64,000 bases of DNA, from positions 1,948 through 65,947 of the forward strand of contig NZ_CBFIHX010000002.1 of the NCBI RefSeq assembly GCF_965662505.1, written 5' to 3'. A program made the position numbers and the translations under genes. The notes beneath the pieces are model-generated. The model was not told where the DNA came from. It saw only the letters and a list, made by a program, of their open reading frames with translations, and searched no databases. This DNA is from Pseudomaricurvus sp. Its GTDB lineage: Bacteria; Pseudomonadota; Gammaproteobacteria; Pseudomonadales; Cellvibrionaceae. The number at the start of each line of letters is the position of its first letter. The stretch's first letter is position 1. This document shows positions 43,296-52,770 of the stretch, one piece after another.

Positions 43296-43892
43296 TTAGA
43301 ACGAGATTTTAGGGGCTGCCTGAATTTCCGCAGAATCCTCAAACTCCAGCAGACTGGCATCTTCGCGATGACCAAAAAAACCGGCAAAAAAGACCGGTGG
43401 GAAAGTCTGCTTGTAGGTATTGTATGCCGTCACAGAATCGTTAAAGGCCTGACGAGAAAATGCGACCTTGTTTTCGGTGCTGGTCAGCTCTTCCGATACC
43501 TGCATCATGTTCTGATTGGCTTTGAGGTCCGGGTAGGCTTCCATGACCACATTCAGGCGGCCCAGTGCGTTGGTCAGAGCGCCTTCGGCGCCGCCCAGTG
43601 CGTTCATTGCTGCGCTGTCACCAGGTGCGTTGGAGGCCGCTTGCAGTCCCTGTACCGCGCCATTTCGGGCGCTGATGACCGCTTCCAGTGTTTCTCTCTC
43701 GTGTTTTAGGTAGCCCTTGGCGGTTTCGACCAGATTGGGAATCAGGTCGTAACGGCGTTTCAGCTGGACTTCAATTTGAGAAAAGGCGTTTTCGTAGCGG
43801 TTTTTCAGACTGACCAGCTGGTTGTAGATGCCGATGACGTAGAAAACCAGGCCGGCCAAAACCACCAGAATGATGATGGATGAAATATCCAT
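43296..43892 (-). CDS. lemA: LemA-family protein
   Basis: [43 protein letters not shown]. Confidence 0.95.
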   Translation of the reverse strand: MDISSIIILVVLAGLVFYVIGIYNQLVSLKNRYENAFSQIEVQLKRRYDLIPNLVETAKGYLKHERETLEAVISARNGAVQGLQAASNAPGDSAAMNALGGAEGALTNALGRLNVVMEAYPDLKANQNMMQVSEELTSTENKVAFSRQAFNDSVTAYNTYKQTFPPVFFAGFFGHREDASLLEFEDSAEIQAAPKISF

Positions 43893-44027
43893 AAGTCGTA
43901 ATCCCTTATTGCTATAAGTGTTCGTGTACAGGAGCCAGTCGGAACCCCGGCAAGGGGTTTCTAAAGTCGGTCTCTAGGCGCCTCTGTTGTCGTGACGTTG
44001 CCAATACTGCGTTTAGTCCTTAATTCT

Positions 44028-44064
44028 GTATTTAAGTTTCTAATGCGGTATTTAAGCTTCTAAT
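44028..44064. repeat. 17-bp direct repeat with 20-bp period in the lemA/thiolase divergent region
   Basis: GTATTTAAGTTTCTAAT (44028) and GTATTTAAGCTTCTAAT (44048). Confidence 0.75.
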
Positions 44065-44216
44065 ACTAAAGGCAATTAGCCGAAAAAGTAATTAGCCCTG
44101 AAGAGAACAGCATATTAGCATGATCGGTATATGACGCTATGTCTGGATGTCATCGGCGGCAGTTCTGTTTATAATTCAGCGATCGTAGAAATGTTAAAAT
44201 AAAGGGTAAGGTTCTT

Positions 44217-45395
44217 ATGTCTGATCCAGTTGTGATTGTAGGTATGGCTCGTACCGCCATGGGCGGTATGCAGGGTATGTTCGGTAATCTGAGTGTATCT
44301 GAGCTGGGCGCAGAGGCTATTCGCGGCGCACTGGCGGATTCCGGAGTTGAGGCTGATGCTGTCGATGAAGTTCTGATGGGCTGTGTCCTGCCAGCTGGTA
44401 CGGGTCAGGCGCCAGCACGTCAAGCGGCTCTGGGAGCTGGCGTACCCAAGCATGTTCCCTGCACCACACTGAACAAGGTCTGCGGTTCAGGCATGAAAAC
44501 AGTGATGATGGGTCACGATGCGATCCTGGCGGGCAGCGCTTCGATCGTGATTGCTGGCGGCATGGAGAGTATGACTAACGCTCCTTATATGCTGGCGAAA
44601 GCCCGCGGCGGTTACCGTTTTGGCCATGAGCAAATCTTTGATCATATGCTGTACGACGGCTTACAGGACGCCTATCAGGGTGGGCCTATGGGCGCATTTG
44701 GTGAAATTTGTGCGGACAAGTTCGGTTTTACCCGTGAGCAACAGGATGCCTACGCGGTCGAGTCTCTGGCTCGTGCCAACAAGGCTATTGCCGAGGGCAA
44801 ATTTAAGCGCGAAATCGTTCCGGTAACCCTCAAGACCCGTAAGGGCGAGCAAGTCATCGATACCGATGAGCAGCCGGGCAGTGCACGTCCCGATAAGATT
44901 CCTTCCCTGCGCCCCGCGTTCAAAAAGGACGGCACCATCACCGCGGCCAATGCCAGCTCCATCTCTGATGGCGCGGCGGCTCTGGTGCTGATGCGCAAGT
45001 CTGAAGCTGAAAAGCGCGGCCTGAAAGTCATCGCCACCATCAAAGGTCACTCGCAGAATGCTCACGAGCCAGAGTGGTTTACCACCGCCCCTGTCGGTGC
45101 GATGAGCAAGCTGATGCAGCGTCTGGACTGGACCGCTGAGTCTGTGGATCTGTTTGAAATCAACGAAGCCTTCGCTGTGGTCCCTATGGCGGCGATGAAA
45201 GAGCTGTCGATTGATCACGCCAAAGTGAACGTCAATGGCGGTGCCTGTGCACTGGGGCACCCTCTGGGCGCTTCCGGTGCTCGCATTATTGTGACCTTGC
45301 TGGGCGCGTTGGAAAACAGTGGTCAAAAGACGGGTGTTGCCAGTCTCTGCCTGGGTGGTGGTGAAGCCACGGCCATTGCGGTTGAGTTGAGTTGA
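44217..45395 (+). CDS. Acetyl-CoA acetyltransferase (thiolase)
   Basis: NKVCGSG, EINEAFA, GHPLGASG, SLCLGGG. Confidence 0.96.
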   Translation: MSDPVVIVGMARTAMGGMQGMFGNLSVSELGAEAIRGALADSGVEADAVDEVLMGCVLPAGTGQAPARQAALGAGVPKHVPCTTLNKVCGSGMKTVMMGHDAILAGSASIVIAGGMESMTNAPYMLAKARGGYRFGHEQIFDHMLYDGLQDAYQGGPMGAFGEICADKFGFTREQQDAYAVESLARANKAIAEGKFKREIVPVTLKTRKGEQVIDTDEQPGSARPDKIPSLRPAFKKDGTITAANASSISDGAAALVLMRKSEAEKRGLKVIATIKGHSQNAHEPEWFTTAPVGAMSKLMQRLDWTAESVDLFEINEAFAVVPMAAMKELSIDHAKVNVNGGACALGHPLGASGARIIVTLLGALENSGQKTGVASLCLGGGEATAIAVELS

Positions 45396-45425
45396 TAGCG
45401 AAATAGAAGACTCGCTTCAATGCTG

Positions 45426-45454
45426 AAAAAGCCTCCCGTGCGGAGGCTTTTTTT
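45426..45454 (+). terminator. Terminator after the thiolase gene
   Basis: AAAAAGCCTCC-cgtgc-GGAGGCTTTTTTT. Confidence 0.88.
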
Positions 45455-45516
45455 ATGGCTGTATTTCTAGAACAAGCTGGCTTGCGTGTGGTTCTTCATA
45501 TGCCTTTTTATGGATT

Positions 45517-45588
45517 ATGGGCCACTCCACGACCCGCTAGATGGCACTCCATAAAACCCGCTAGATGGCTCTCCACACGACCAGCCAG
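45517..45588 (+). repeat. Degenerate 24-bp tandem repeat x3 upstream of parC
   Basis: ATGGGCCACTCCACGACCCGCTAG / ATGGCACTCCATAAAACCCGCTAG / ATGGCTCTCCACACGACCAGCCAG. Confidence 0.8.
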
Positions 45589-45711
45589 TTGGCGGGACAG
45601 TGCTCCGGCATTGATGGCCAAAGGGGGTTTTGGTATAAGCTGTGGTGAATAACCACAGCGACCATGATAAATCGCTAAAAACAGTCGCCCTTTGATCATT
45701 TAGGATGTTTT

Positions 45712-47961
45712 ATGACCACCGAGGTTGTCCCTCAGGAAGCTGACGAAAAAATCGCGCTCAAAACCTACGCCGAGAAGGCCTACCTGGATTATTCCATGTA
45801 CGTGATTCTCGATCGGGCGTTACCTAACATTGGCGATGGCCTGAAGCCGGTACAGCGACGCATTGTTTATGCCATGAGCGAGCTGGGGCTGAAGTCTACG
45901 GCCAAGTTCAAAAAGTCGGCGCGTACCGTGGGGGATGTGATCGGTAAGTTCCACCCGCACGGCGACTCTGCGGCCTATGAGGCCATGGTGCTGATGGCGC
46001 AACCTTTCTCCTATCGTTACCCGTTGGTGGATGGCCAGGGTAACTGGGGCGCGCCAGATGATCCCAAGTCATTCGCGGCCATGCGGTACACGGAATCCCG
46101 GCTGACCAAATACAGTGACGCGCTGCTCTCCGAGCTGGGGCAGGGCACAGTTGACTGGACGCCGAACTTTGACGGCACCATGAACGAGCCCGCCGTACTG
46201 CCGGCTCAGGTGCCCAATGTCTTGTTGAATGGCACCACCGGTATTGCCGTGGGTATGGCGACGGACATTCCGCCGCACAACTTGCGCGAGGTGGTGAATG
46301 CCACCGTGCACATGTTGGAAAATCCCAAGGCCACGGTTGAAGATCTGGTTCAGTTTGTACCGGGTCCGGATATGCCCACCGAAGCTGAGATCATCAGCCC
46401 TAAAGAAGATCTGCAAAAACTCTATCAGACTGGTCGCGGCAGTGTGCGTATGCGTGCTCTGTGGACACAGGAAGCGGGTGACGTGGTGGTTACCGCCTTA
46501 CCTCACCAGGTCAGTGGAGCGAAGATTCTCGAACAAATCGCTGCCCAGATGCAGGCTAAAAAACTGCCTATGGTGGCGGATCTGCGCGATGAATCGGATC
46601 ATGAAAACCCAACCCGTCTGGTCATTGTGCCGCGCTCCAATCGCATTGATGTGGAGGCGATGATGAATCACCTGTTTGCCACCACCGATCTGGAACGCAC
46701 CTACCGTGTGAACATGAACATGATCGGCATTGACGGTCTGCCCCAGGTCAAGCCGCTGGATAAAATCCTCAGTGAGTGGTTGAGCTTCCGCATGGTGACG
46801 GTCAGACGCCGTCTGCAGCATCGCTTGTCGAAAGTGGAAGAGCGTCTGTCGCGCTTGGCGGCGTTGATGATCGTATTCCTTAATGTGGATGAAGTGATTC
46901 ATATTATCCGCACGGAAGATCACCCCAAACCGGTGTTGATGGAACGCTTTGATCTGACGGAAACTCAGGCGGAATACATTCTCGAAACCAAGTTGCGTCA
47001 ATTGGCGCGACTGGAAGAGATGAAGATCAAGGAAGAGCAGGCCGCGCTGGAGAAAGAGCGTGAAGATCTGAAGCAGACTCTCGACTCGGCCCGTCGTCTG
47101 AAAACGCTGGTGAAAAAAGAATTGTTGGCTGCGGCTGACATGTACGGGGATGATCGCCGTTCACCGATTGTCAGTCGCAGTGAAGCTCAGGCGTTCAGTG
47201 AAACTGATCTGTTGGGCAGTGATCCGGTGACCGTCGTTATTTCTGATAAAGGCTGGATTCGTGCAGCCAAGGGGCACGATGTGGATCCTGTTGCTCTGAA
47301 CTATAAGTCCGGCGACAAGTTCAAAATCTCGGTACAAGGGAAAAGCAATCAAAGCGTGATGCTGCTCGATTCAACCGGTCGCAGTTACGCGTTGGGTGCT
47401 CACACCCTGCCTTCGGCTCGAGGTCAGGGTGAACCGATTACCGGGCGTCTGAACGCGCCCAGCGGTGCAACCTTTGAAGGTGTGCTGATGGGCAATGACG
47501 AGCAACGTGTTCTGCTGGCGTCCGATGCGGGTTATGGTTTTGTCGGTAAGATCAGTGATCTGTACACCAAAAACAAAGCCGGTAAAGCCGCGCTTACGCT
47601 GCCGAAAGGTGGTCGGGTGATGCCGCCGCTGGTGATCAAGGATCCCGAAACGGATCTGCTGGCGGCCATCAGCAATGAAGGGCGTTTACTGGTGTTTCCT
47701 GTCAATGAGTTGCCGGAATTAGCGCGGGGCAAGGGGAATAAAATCATGAATATTCCATCGGCCCGGGTCCAGTCTCGCGAAGAGTTCGTTGTGGCGTTGA
47801 AAGTGATTGCGGCGGGTGAGCAGCTGGTGATGTATTCCGGTAAGCGTCATCTGACATTGAAAGGTAATGATCTGGATCATTATCGCGGTGAACGAGGCCG
47901 TCGAGGCAACAAGTTACCCAGAGGATTCCAGAACGTGGATGCGGCTGAGGTTAAGTCCTGA
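45712..47961 (+). CDS. parC: DNA topoisomerase IV subunit A
   Basis: [32 protein letters not shown] (catalytic Tyr), short C-terminal domain typical of ParC. Confidence 0.97.
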   Translation: MTTEVVPQEADEKIALKTYAEKAYLDYSMYVILDRALPNIGDGLKPVQRRIVYAMSELGLKSTAKFKKSARTVGDVIGKFHPHGDSAAYEAMVLMAQPFSYRYPLVDGQGNWGAPDDPKSFAAMRYTESRLTKYSDALLSELGQGTVDWTPNFDGTMNEPAVLPAQVPNVLLNGTTGIAVGMATDIPPHNLREVVNATVHMLENPKATVEDLVQFVPGPDMPTEAEIISPKEDLQKLYQTGRGSVRMRALWTQEAGDVVVTALPHQVSGAKILEQIAAQMQAKKLPMVADLRDESDHENPTRLVIVPRSNRIDVEAMMNHLFATTDLERTYRVNMNMIGIDGLPQVKPLDKILSEWLSFRMVTVRRRLQHRLSKVEERLSRLAALMIVFLNVDEVIHIIRTEDHPKPVLMERFDLTETQAEYILETKLRQLARLEEMKIKEEQAALEKEREDLKQTLDSARRLKTLVKKELLAAADMYGDDRRSPIVSRSEAQAFSETDLLGSDPVTVVISDKGWIRAAKGHDVDPVALNYKSGDKFKISVQGKSNQSVMLLDSTGRSYALGAHTLPSARGQGEPITGRLNAPSGATFEGVLMGNDEQRVLLASDAGYGFVGKISDLYTKNKAGKAALTLPKGGRVMPPLVIKDPETDLLAAISNEGRLLVFPVNELPELARGKGNKIMNIPSARVQSREEFVVALKVIAAGEQLVMYSGKRHLTLKGNDLDHYRGERGRRGNKLPRGFQNVDAAEVKS

Positions 47962-47995
47962 TATCCATACATAAAGACTTACTATGAGCCCACTG

Positions 47996-48037
47996 AAAAA
48001 CGCGCAATCTTATAAGAGGTTGCGCGTTTTTTGTTTT
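47996..48037. terminator. Terminator between convergent parC and glpD
   Basis: AAAAACGCGCAATCT...AGGTTGCGCGTTTTTTGTTTT. Confidence 0.85.
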
Positions 48038-48067
48038 CTGGCCGGACGGTAATCCCTGCCTGAGTTG

Positions 48068-49582
48068 TCAGTCTTCCTGACAGGTTTCGGGTTGAGAAGC
48101 CTGAAAGCGGTCTTTGAATCGTTGTATGTCGCGTTTACCCATGTGCAGCCCCAGCTTGGTACGTCGCCAGAGAATATCGTCTGCTGTTCGAGCCCATTCA
48201 TACTCAATCAGATATTTTACCTCCGCGGCATACAGCCCCGCGCCGAAATGCTCTCCCATTCCTTCAACACTGTTTATGCCTTGCAACAGTTCAAACGTCA
48301 GGCTTCCGTAGGTGCGCACGTAGCGCTTGCGTATAGCTGCGGGTAACCAGGGAAAGGTTTTTTCCAATAGCGTGTTCAGTTCAGCGGGCGAAGAAAAATC
48401 CCCCCCAGGCAGCGGTTCTGTTTTGGTCAGGCAGGGACCTGCGCTCGGAAAAAACTCGCACAAGCGATTGACGGCGGCTTCAGAAAGCTTGCGATACGTG
48501 GTGATCTTTCCACCAAAGACGGACAGCAGTGGCATCTGATGGTCTGGAGCGTCCAGTTCAAACGTGTAATCCCGGCTGGCGGTCTGGGGCTTGTCGGATT
48601 CATCATCCAGCAGGGGGCGTACGCCAGCGTAAGTGGAAACGATATGGTCTTTGGTAATGGTGTTCTTGAAATGTTCGTTGGTGATCCGGATCAGGTAGTC
48701 AACTTCTTCATCGGAGATTTGGGCTTTCGCGGGATCGCCGAGCAGTTCGACATCGGTGGTGCCAATCAATGAAAAACTGTCCTCATAGGGTATGACAAAC
48801 ACGATACGCTGGTCTTCATTTTGTAAAATGTACGCCTGCTCGCCCGGGTACAGGCGAGGAACGATAATATGGCTGCCCTTTACCAGCCGAATCTTTTTCG
48901 GGGCGGGGGTTTTAAAAGCACTGCTGAACAACTGGGAGACCCACGGGCCGGCGGCGTTGACCACAGCCTTGCTGGTGACAGAGATTGGTTGAGCGTGATT
49001 GTTGCGATCTGTCAGTTCAATCGTCCACTGGCCATTGCTGCGTTTGGCGGATTCACAGCGGGTTCGGGTTAACACGGTGGCACCGTGATTCCGGGCTGTC
49101 ATGGCATTCAGAATTACCAGCCGGGAGTCATCCACCCAGCCGTCTGAATACTCAAACCCCTTATGCAGATGACTCGCCAGTGGTCCATTGGCGGTGAAGC
49201 GAATGCTGCGGGATGCCGGCAGCGATGCTCGCTTGGTTAAATGATCGTACAAAAACAGCCCGATTCGTATCATCCAGGCGGGTCGCAAATGAGGCCGATG
49301 AGGCAACTGGAAACGCAAGGGCCACATGATGTGGGGGGCCTTTTTAAGCAGAACTTCCCGTTCGGCTAGAGCCTCTCGTACCAGCCGGAATTCATAGTGC
49401 TCCAGATAGCGCAGGCCGCCATGTATAAGCTTGCTGCTCTTGGATGAGGTAGACGAAGCGAGGTCGTTCATTTCACAAAGAAGAACCTTGAGGCCTCTGC
49501 CGGCCGCATCCGCAGCTATGCCGGTACCGTTGACGCCGCCGCCGATAATGACCAGATCGTAATGGGCATCCTGTCTACTCAT
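48068..49582 (-). CDS. glpD: Aerobic FAD-dependent glycerol-3-phosphate dehydrogenase
   Basis: DLVIIGGGVNGTGIA, SSKLIHGGLRYLE, KGSHI, GGKITTYR; start set at the ATG of MSRQD. Confidence 0.96.
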   Translation of the reverse strand: MSRQDAHYDLVIIGGGVNGTGIAADAAGRGLKVLLCEMNDLASSTSSKSSKLIHGGLRYLEHYEFRLVREALAEREVLLKKAPHIMWPLRFQLPHRPHLRPAWMIRIGLFLYDHLTKRASLPASRSIRFTANGPLASHLHKGFEYSDGWVDDSRLVILNAMTARNHGATVLTRTRCESAKRSNGQWTIELTDRNNHAQPISVTSKAVVNAAGPWVSQLFSSAFKTPAPKKIRLVKGSHIIVPRLYPGEQAYILQNEDQRIVFVIPYEDSFSLIGTTDVELLGDPAKAQISDEEVDYLIRITNEHFKNTITKDHIVSTYAGVRPLLDDESDKPQTASRDYTFELDAPDHQMPLLSVFGGKITTYRKLSEAAVNRLCEFFPSAGPCLTKTEPLPGGDFSSPAELNTLLEKTFPWLPAAIRKRYVRTYGSLTFELLQGINSVEGMGEHFGAGLYAAEVKYLIEYEWARTADDILWRRTKLGLHMGKRDIQRFKDRFQASQPETCQED

Positions 49583-49662
49583 AGCTGACTTATCCTCATG
49601 GTTCACTGTAAAAATAACGGGTTTCAACGAGATTGGTGGCTTGGTGCATAAGTGACAATGCA

Positions 49663-51432
49663 CTAGTCACAATTAATCAATTCTGTGGAAGGCCGGTCGC
49701 GGTTAAAGCGCAGACGGCGACGATAGGGATAGGTGTTTTCGATATGCCCTGCGCGAAGAGAATTCTGAATGTGCTGCCAGTAGCGGTAATCATAGAGATC
49801 ACTGTGCAGCGACTCGAACGCTTTTTTTGCAGTGGGGTTTCCGGTAAAAAACAAGCGAAACTCTTCCGGGAAAATATCGTTTTCGGCCACCGTGTACCAG
49901 GGGCGATCGGCCATCTCTTCCATTTCGTTTCGAGGTTCCGGTATTTTACGAAAATTGCACTCGGTGATCGCGCAAATCTCGTCGTAATCGTAAAACACCA
50001 CGCGGCCGTGTCGGGTGACACCAAAATTCTTCAGTAACATATCGCCCGGAAAAATATTGGCGGCGGCCAGCTGCTTGATGGCATTGCCGTATTCGTCCAT
50101 TACGTCGTAAGTCTGTTCTTCGTTGGCTTCTTTGAGGTAGAGATTGAGCGGTGTCATGCGGCGTTCAGTGTAAACGTGTTTGATAATGACCCACTTCTCG
50201 TTGATTTCCAGCTTTGAGGGAGCCACCTTTTGCAGTTCTTCCAGTAGCTCATCGCTAAAGCGATTGCGATAAAAAATAAAATTGGTGTATTCCTGAGTGT
50301 CTGCCATACGACCCGCGCGTTCACTGCGGGATACCAGTTTGTACTTTTGTTTGACGACCTCTTCCGTGACTTGTTTTGGGTAATCGAATTTGTCTTTGAT
50401 GATTTTGAAGACGATGCTGTAAGAGGGCAGTGTGAATACGGTCATCACCATGCCCTTGATGCCGGGGGCGATGATGAATTGGTCATCGCTGTTTTTCATG
50501 TGCTGAAGTAAATGGCGATAAAACTCGGTCTTGCCATGTTTATTGAAGCCAATGGCGGTGTAAATTTCAGAGGTTTCCTTGCTCGGCATAAAGGAGCTGA
50601 TAAAACGCACCAGTCGGGATGGGATCGACGCGTCCACCATAAAGTAAGAGCGTGTGAAGCTGAAAATAATACTGGCACCGTCCCGATCAAAAATGGCGGT
50701 GTCGATATAAATCCCCCCCTCTCCATTGTTGAGCATGGGCAACACGATAGGTAGGTATCGGTTGTTAATATTCACTCTGCCTATCAAGTAGGCCCCTTTG
50801 TTACGGTAGAAAATGGTTTCCAGAATGTCGAACCGAAGACCTTTCCAAAGGCCGTCTTCTCCAGCGGGTACCTTTTCCTGAATTGCCTGAATGACATTGT
50901 TGAGATCTCGGTCGAGATCTTCCCAGGGGACGGAAAACTCAAAGTCACGCATCACCTGAAGCAGGGTTTCCTTCAAGTTGTTATCCACCTGATAACTGAG
51001 GTAAATGCTGTAGTCTTTCAGCGGTTTGTCTTCCAGAGGGCGTGAAGCTTTGACAAAAATATTGCGGTCGTGGATGTGATCGTGATGAAACTGAGAGCAA
51101 AAGATGGAGTTGTAGAAGGTCTCGGCAATTTCATAGTTGCTGTGGCCGAAGATCAGTTGAGTGTAGGTGGTCTTCGCTTGCTGCCACAATTCAAGATCGC
51201 TGACGTCCTTGCTGGTGACGCCGGCCACTAGCTTACAGACCTGATCCACCTTGTTTTTGTAGAGTTCGATCCGCTCGTAGTGGGCGTCTTGTATCCCTTG
51301 CCAGTCGACTTTTTCGAAGCGTGCTTTTGCCCCCAGGGTCATATTCTGAAAATCGGCAAAATACGCATCAAAACCATTGAGAATGGTTTTGGCTATGCGT
51401 TTGGCTGTCGGGGTCAGCGATTGGTTGGTCAT
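49663..51432 (-). CDS. aceK: Isocitrate dehydrogenase kinase/phosphatase
   Basis: AETFYNSI, HGKTEFYR, APGIKGMVM, DRAG-like RAGRMADTQEY, FPGDMLLKNFGVT. Confidence 0.96.
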   Translation of the reverse strand: MTNQSLTPTAKRIAKTILNGFDAYFADFQNMTLGAKARFEKVDWQGIQDAHYERIELYKNKVDQVCKLVAGVTSKDVSDLELWQQAKTTYTQLIFGHSNYEIAETFYNSIFCSQFHHDHIHDRNIFVKASRPLEDKPLKDYSIYLSYQVDNNLKETLLQVMRDFEFSVPWEDLDRDLNNVIQAIQEKVPAGEDGLWKGLRFDILETIFYRNKGAYLIGRVNINNRYLPIVLPMLNNGEGGIYIDTAIFDRDGASIIFSFTRSYFMVDASIPSRLVRFISSFMPSKETSEIYTAIGFNKHGKTEFYRHLLQHMKNSDDQFIIAPGIKGMVMTVFTLPSYSIVFKIIKDKFDYPKQVTEEVVKQKYKLVSRSERAGRMADTQEYTNFIFYRNRFSDELLEELQKVAPSKLEINEKWVIIKHVYTERRMTPLNLYLKEANEEQTYDVMDEYGNAIKQLAAANIFPGDMLLKNFGVTRHGRVVFYDYDEICAITECNFRKIPEPRNEMEEMADRPWYTVAENDIFPEEFRLFFTGNPTAKKAFESLHSDLYDYRYWQHIQNSLRAGHIENTYPYRRRLRFNRDRPSTELINCD

Positions 51433-51555
51433 AAAGCTTTCTTACGCCCTTTCGTGGTGGCAATCAGTCGTTATCAACAGGAAGAGTGTTTCGACAAGTC
51501 TTGTTATCATGATGGCGTATAAACGAAATACTGTCATCTTTGCGGAGGAGCTTTT

Positions 51556-52728
51556 GTGTATAGGGCAAAAACGGTTGTGAATATGGCTAAAACGCGTGTG
51601 AATAGGGCCAGAACAGGTGTGAACAGGGCAGGTGCAGTTGTGAACCAGAAAAGAGCAGCCGTATCACGGTGGGTCTTTGCGATCTGGGGTCTTCTGCTCA
51701 GTTGCCTGCCGGTGCAGGCTGCGGTGGTTTTGCAATATCACCATGTTTCAGATGCCACACCGGCCTCTACATCCACCACGCCAGCCTTATTTCGTCAGCA
51801 TATGGAATATCTGGAAAGTGAGGGTTATGAGGTGGTCTCCTTGCCGGAGTTGCTGGAGGGATACACTTCATCGGAGGACGACAGAGCAAAGCGGGTTGCC
51901 ATAACCTTTGATGACGGTTACAGCAGTGTCTACACCACGGCGTACCCTGAGCTGAAAAAGCGCGGCTGGCCGTTTACGGTGTTTGTGAACACCAAGCCCC
52001 TGGATGAGCATTGGAAGGAGTTTACTGACTGGGATCAGTTGCGGGAAATGGCCGCCAACGGCGCAACCATTGCTAACCATACCGTGAATCACGGCCACCT
52101 GATCCGCCGGCAGGAGGGGGAAAGCGAGGAGGAATGGCGTCAGCGGATTAAAGAAGATCTGCTTTTGGCCGAAAAACGTATTAAACAGGAAACCGGACAA
52201 AATCACCGTATCTTGGCGTATCCCTTTGGCGAGTACGATTTGGCGCTGATGAAATTGTTGAAATCGCTGGATTTTGTCGGTTTTGGGCAGCATTCCGGCC
52301 CTTTGGGGAGTTCACACTCTCCTCAGGCGTTGCCGCGTTTCCCGTTCGGGGGGCATTACGGCGATATCAGTGACTTTGCCCAGAAAGCCTCCACCTTGCC
52401 GATGCCTCTGGAATCCGTATTTTTAGAGACTGCGTCCTCAGAAGATGTGGCCATTGAGCCTTTGTTGCCGCCGGGCGACAGCCAGCCCAAACTGGTTTTG
52501 AACGTGGGCTCTGCAGCTTTGGCGCAGACGATCAGTTGCTTTGCCACTGGGCAGGGGCGAGTAGATACGCATGTGGATGATCAGCGGGTTGAGATCGAGT
52601 TGCAAAAGCCCTTGCCGGCTGGCCGCAGCAGGATCAACTGCACTGCCGCTGCGGGCGAAGGGCGTTTTTACTGGTTTTCTCAACCCTTTTTTCAACCCGA
52701 TAAACACGGGGAGTGGCCACCTGAATAG
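51556..52728 (+). CDS. Exported NodB/CE4 polysaccharide deacetylase (start uncertain)
   Basis: Signal peptide ending PVQA; VLQYHHV, ITFDDG, ANHTVNH, AYPFGEY, LPRFP. Confidence 0.88.
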   Translation: MYRAKTVVNMAKTRVNRARTGVNRAGAVVNQKRAAVSRWVFAIWGLLLSCLPVQAAVVLQYHHVSDATPASTSTTPALFRQHMEYLESEGYEVVSLPELLEGYTSSEDDRAKRVAITFDDGYSSVYTTAYPELKKRGWPFTVFVNTKPLDEHWKEFTDWDQLREMAANGATIANHTVNHGHLIRRQEGESEEEWRQRIKEDLLLAEKRIKQETGQNHRILAYPFGEYDLALMKLLKSLDFVGFGQHSGPLGSSHSPQALPRFPFGGHYGDISDFAQKASTLPMPLESVFLETASSEDVAIEPLLPPGDSQPKLVLNVGSAALAQTISCFATGQGRVDTHVDDQRVEIELQKPLPAGRSRINCTAAAGEGRFYWFSQPFFQPDKHGEWPPE

Positions 52729-52770
52729 AATTGGCTAACGAGTAGCGGTACCTACAGGAATTGTGAGTGA

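Noticed and set aside
45517-45588. CRISPR interpretation of the 24-bp (and 23-bp, 21-bp) arrays
   Set aside because: Units are contiguous with no unique spacers, and no cas genes are present.
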